DNA from: Planctomycetota bacterium
GTDB lineage: Bacteria; Planctomycetota; SZUA-567; H5-PLA8
Assembly (NCBI GenBank): GCA_038227875.1
Contig: JBBRPR010000001.1
Coordinates: 96,001-160,000 of the forward strand
Direction: 5' to 3'
DNA: 64,000 bases
In this document: one piece after another, positions 61,175 to 64,000 of the stretch
Position numbering within the stretch: the first letter of the stretch is position 1
Layout: the number at the start of each line of letters is the position of its first letter
Translations under genes and position numbers: made by a program
The notes under the pieces: model-generated
Databases searched by the model: none
The model's input: only the letters and a program-made list of their open reading frames with translations
What the model was told of the DNA's origin: nothing

Positions 61175-62671
61175 CTATCCGTTTTGCTTGCCATCCAGCG
61201 TCTGCCGCACCTTCGTGGCCAGCGCCAGCGGAGTGATCGGCTTCTGCAGTATCACCGTCTGCGCCTGCACCCCGAAATCCTTGAGGTTCGGGCTGCTGTA
61301 GCCGGAGATATATATAATCGGGATGTTCTTCACGATCTCGCGGAGTTGCTTGACCAGCGAGAAGCCGTCGAGCTTCGGCAGCATCACGTCCGTGAGCACC
61401 AGGTTGATCGTACTGGCATGGCGCTGCGCCATCAAAATCGCATCGTCGGCATCCTTGGCGCTGAGCACCGTGTAGCCGCAGGACGTCAGCACGTCATGGA
61501 CGAAGTCGCGCACGCCGTGTTCGTCATCCACCGCCAGGATCGTTTCCGTGCCACCCGGCAGCGGCGAGATGCCCGTGCTGGTTTTCTGTTTCGGCGGCTG
61601 CTGCACGGCGGGAAATCGCACATTAAATGTCGTGCCGACGCCGGGTGTGCTCGCTACCGTGATCGTGCCCTGGTTCTTGCTCACAATGTCCTGAACCGTC
61701 GCCAGCCCCAGTCCGGTGCCCTTGCCCGGAGCCTTGGTAGTGAAGAACGGTTCGAAAATGCGCGCTTTAATGTCCGGGGACATTCCGACGCCGGTGTCGA
61801 TCACGCCCAGCACCACGGCGTCGTTCTCGTCGCGGGTTTCAAAGATCAACTTTCCGCCGCTGGCCATCGCGTCGCGCGCGTTGACGGCCAGGTTCAGCAG
61901 GATCTGTTCGATCTGATTGGCGTCGGCCTTGATGCACTGCAGACTCGGCGCAAGGTTTAACGAGAGCTCGATATTCTGTCCCAGCACTCGGCGTAGAATC
62001 ACGCTGAGGTTGCGGACGATCACGTTTACATCCAGCACCGTCGGATTGACTTTTTGCCTGCGGCTGGTCGCCAGCAGCCGCTTGGTCAGCAGCGTCGCGT
62101 GTTCGCCGGCATGGCGTATGGCCTCCAGTCGCTTGCGCATCGGATGCTGCGGCGGCAGTTCGTTGAGCGTGAGATCGGTGTAGCCAAGGATCACGGTCAT
62201 CACGTTGTTGAAGTCGTGGGCGATACCGCCGGCGAGCAGACCGACGGCGTCCATTTTTTGCGCCTGCAACAGTCGCTCCTCGGCGTGCCGGCGTTCCGAA
62301 ATGTCGCGCTGGATGGCGAGGTAATGGGTGACGTGGCCATCTTCAGCCTTAATCGGTTCGATGTGCCACTCGTTGATGAACTCCTTCCCATCCTTGCGGT
62401 AGTTGACCCCTTCGCCACGGAAAATGCGGCCGTTTTTTAGATCGCTTTTCAACTGATCCAGTACCGTGCGATCGGTCCTGGGGCCCTGCAGCAATTTGGG
62501 ATTTCGGCCGAGGACTTCTTCGGCCTCATAACCGGTCATGCGGGTGAAGGCAGGGTTGACGTAAACGATGCGGGGGTCATCGAGATTGGCGTCGGTTATT
62601 ACCACTGAATCATCAGCAAACGAAACAGCTGCGGCAAGAATTTCCGGATCGAATTGCTGCCCCTTGATCAT
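61175..62671 (-). CDS. Soluble hybrid sensor kinase: LOV-like PAS, HisKA/HATPase, receiver (CckA-like)
   Basis: [30 protein letters not shown] and GTGLGL; receiver VDDE...LTDVMLP...QKP. Confidence 0.93.
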   Translation of the reverse strand: MIKGQQFDPEILAAAVSFADDSVVITDANLDDPRIVYVNPAFTRMTGYEAEEVLGRNPKLLQGPRTDRTVLDQLKSDLKNGRIFRGEGVNYRKDGKEFINEWHIEPIKAEDGHVTHYLAIQRDISERRHAEERLLQAQKMDAVGLLAGGIAHDFNNVMTVILGYTDLTLNELPPQHPMRKRLEAIRHAGEHATLLTKRLLATSRRQKVNPTVLDVNVIVRNLSVILRRVLGQNIELSLNLAPSLQCIKADANQIEQILLNLAVNARDAMASGGKLIFETRDENDAVVLGVIDTGVGMSPDIKARIFEPFFTTKAPGKGTGLGLATVQDIVSKNQGTITVASTPGVGTTFNVRFPAVQQPPKQKTSTGISPLPGGTETILAVDDEHGVRDFVHDVLTSCGYTVLSAKDADDAILMAQRHASTINLVLTDVMLPKLDGFSLVKQLREIVKNIPIIYISGYSSPNLKDFGVQAQTVILQKPITPLALATKVRQTLDGKQNG

Positions 62672-62948
62672 CGTCCGGCTCCAAGTGTCGATAAGCGTCG
62701 AACTAAATGGCGTTGCAAACTTCGGACCACCAAGGACAGATACTACCACCAGAAAGAGTTGCTGGCAGCAGTAAAGGTTTACAGTTGTAGGCTACGCTGT
62801 GAATCGGCGCCGGAAGCACGCTAGATGATACTTAAGTAGCCAGTGTTCGAATTTCCTTCAAGACAAGAGGTGACCTTTGTGAATTTTAGTGTTAAATATA
62901 CACGAAGGTGTGCTTATCGAACGGCACCCTCCGTGGAGCTTGGCACAC

Positions 62949-63998
62949 GTGACGGCGACTTCACTCTCATCAACCTTATCTGGAGCCCTTTTGGGCGCCG
63001 CTGTGGGCGATGCCATCGGGCTGCCACGCGAGGGACTTTCGCGCCTCCGGGCGGTGCATCTGTTCGGAGCGCCGCCGTTGAAGCATTGTTTCTTCTTTCG
63101 TCGCGGCATGGGCAGCGACGATACCGAACACGCCTTGATGACCGCCTGCGCGCTGTTGGAGTCGCGCTTGGCATTGGATGGTTTTGCGAAGCGGCTTGCC
63201 TGGCGGCTGCGATTCTGGTTGATGCGTTGCCCCGCCGGCGTCGGCTTGGCGACGTTGCGGGCGGCGGCAAAACTCTGGCTGGGATTCGGACCGGAACACA
63301 GCGGCGTCTACTCTGCGGGCAACGGTCCCGCAATGCGCTCGCACGTATTGGGTGTTTTCTTTTCAGACGACATGAAACTGCTAAAGGAGTCCGTACGAAT
63401 TTCCACGCGGCTCACGCATACTGACCCGCGCGCCGAAGAGGGCGCGCTCGCCATCGCCATTGCCGCCGCGCATGCCACTCGTCAGGGTGTTCACGTCGAC
63501 CCGGAATTCGTTCTTGGTGAGATTGCGGACAATATCTCCGGCGAGGAATTGCATGAACATCTTCGCGTCGTCAAAACCGCGCTCACTGAGAACCTTAGCG
63601 TGTTTGAATTCGCTGATCGTATGGGCTGGCAACGGGGCATCTCAGGATACATCAATCACACCGTCCCGTTCTGCGTGTTCGCCTGGCTGCGCCATCGGGA
63701 TTCGTTCAGAGATTGTGTTGAAAGCGCCATTTGCTGCGGTGGCGATTCCGACACCGTGGGATCGATAGTTGGAGCGCTCAGTGGTGCCACCCTGGGCAAA
63801 GACGCGATCCCAGCGGAGTGGCTTTCAGGCCTGATGGAATGGCCTCAATCAGTCGCATGGATCGAAGCACTCGCGGCAGGCGTTCACGCTGATCCAGATC
63901 AATCGAAGGCTCTGCCGCCACTCTTCTGGCCGGCCTATATTGTCCGTCAACCCCTGTTTATGGCCATCGTGCTGGCGCACGGGCTGCGTCGGATGTTT
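62949..63998 (+). CDS. ADP-ribosylglycohydrolase (DraG/ARH family), 3'-truncated by the window edge
   Basis: Manual translation from GTG 62949: GALLGAAVGDAIG, SDDTE, SAGNGPAMR, RLTHTDPRA and GGDSDTVGSIVGALSG. Absent from the ORF track because no stop falls in the window. Confidence 0.9.
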   Translation, partial: MTATSLSSTLSGALLGAAVGDAIGLPREGLSRLRAVHLFGAPPLKHCFFFRRGMGSDDTEHALMTACALLESRLALDGFAKRLAWRLRFWLMRCPAGVGLATLRAAAKLWLGFGPEHSGVYSAGNGPAMRSHVLGVFFSDDMKLLKESVRISTRLTHTDPRAEEGALAIAIAAAHATRQGVHVDPEFVLGEIADNISGEELHEHLRVVKTALTENLSVFEFADRMGWQRGISGYINHTVPFCVFAWLRHRDSFRDCVESAICCGGDSDTVGSIVGALSGATLGKDAIPAEWLSGLMEWPQSVAWIEALAAGVHADPDQSKALPPLFWPAYIVRQPLFMAIVLAHGLRRMF

Positions 63999-64000
63999 CC

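Noticed and set aside
62843..63768. ORF-track calls 62843-63424 and 63460-63768
   Set aside because: They are alternate frames of the ADP-ribosylglycohydrolase gene starting at 62949.

Overview
GC-rich bacterial chromosomal segment with about 52 CDS. I recognised no rRNA, tRNA, CRISPR array, transposase or phage gene. The gene content (many secreted HEAT/TPR/STN-like proteins, paired PhyH dioxygenases with AraC, futalosine-pathway mqnE, stand-alone murD, ECF/anti-sigma pair) suggests a Planctomycetota/PVC-like organism; this is inference. Recognisable genes are folE, mqnE, hppA, miaE, murD, kdgK, zwf, lacZ, a cold-shock protein, two cyclophilins, GH116, GH32, a K+ channel, an MscS-cNMP channel, CorC/TlyC, a plant-like acyl-ACP desaturase, a frameshifted catalase-related peroxidase, and an ADP-ribosylglycohydrolase missing from the ORF track. 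The best candidates for undescribed biology are: (1) three tandem secreted STN-HEAT-STN paralogs (9.7-12.5 kb); (2) an ECF sigma coupled to a membrane protein with a tandemly duplicated ~280-aa unrecognised domain, within a putative envelope protein-folding locus (50-61 kb); (3) several intergenic repeat systems (heptamer arrays with inverted arms, a nonamer-ended MITE-like family, a GTAG REP doublet, two unrelated perfect 28-bp palindromes bracketing one TPR gene); (4) a candidate multi-stem RNA at 6.43-6.54 kb; (5) a cysteine-less LOV-like sensor kinase. All family calls come from motif recognition by eye; no searches were run.
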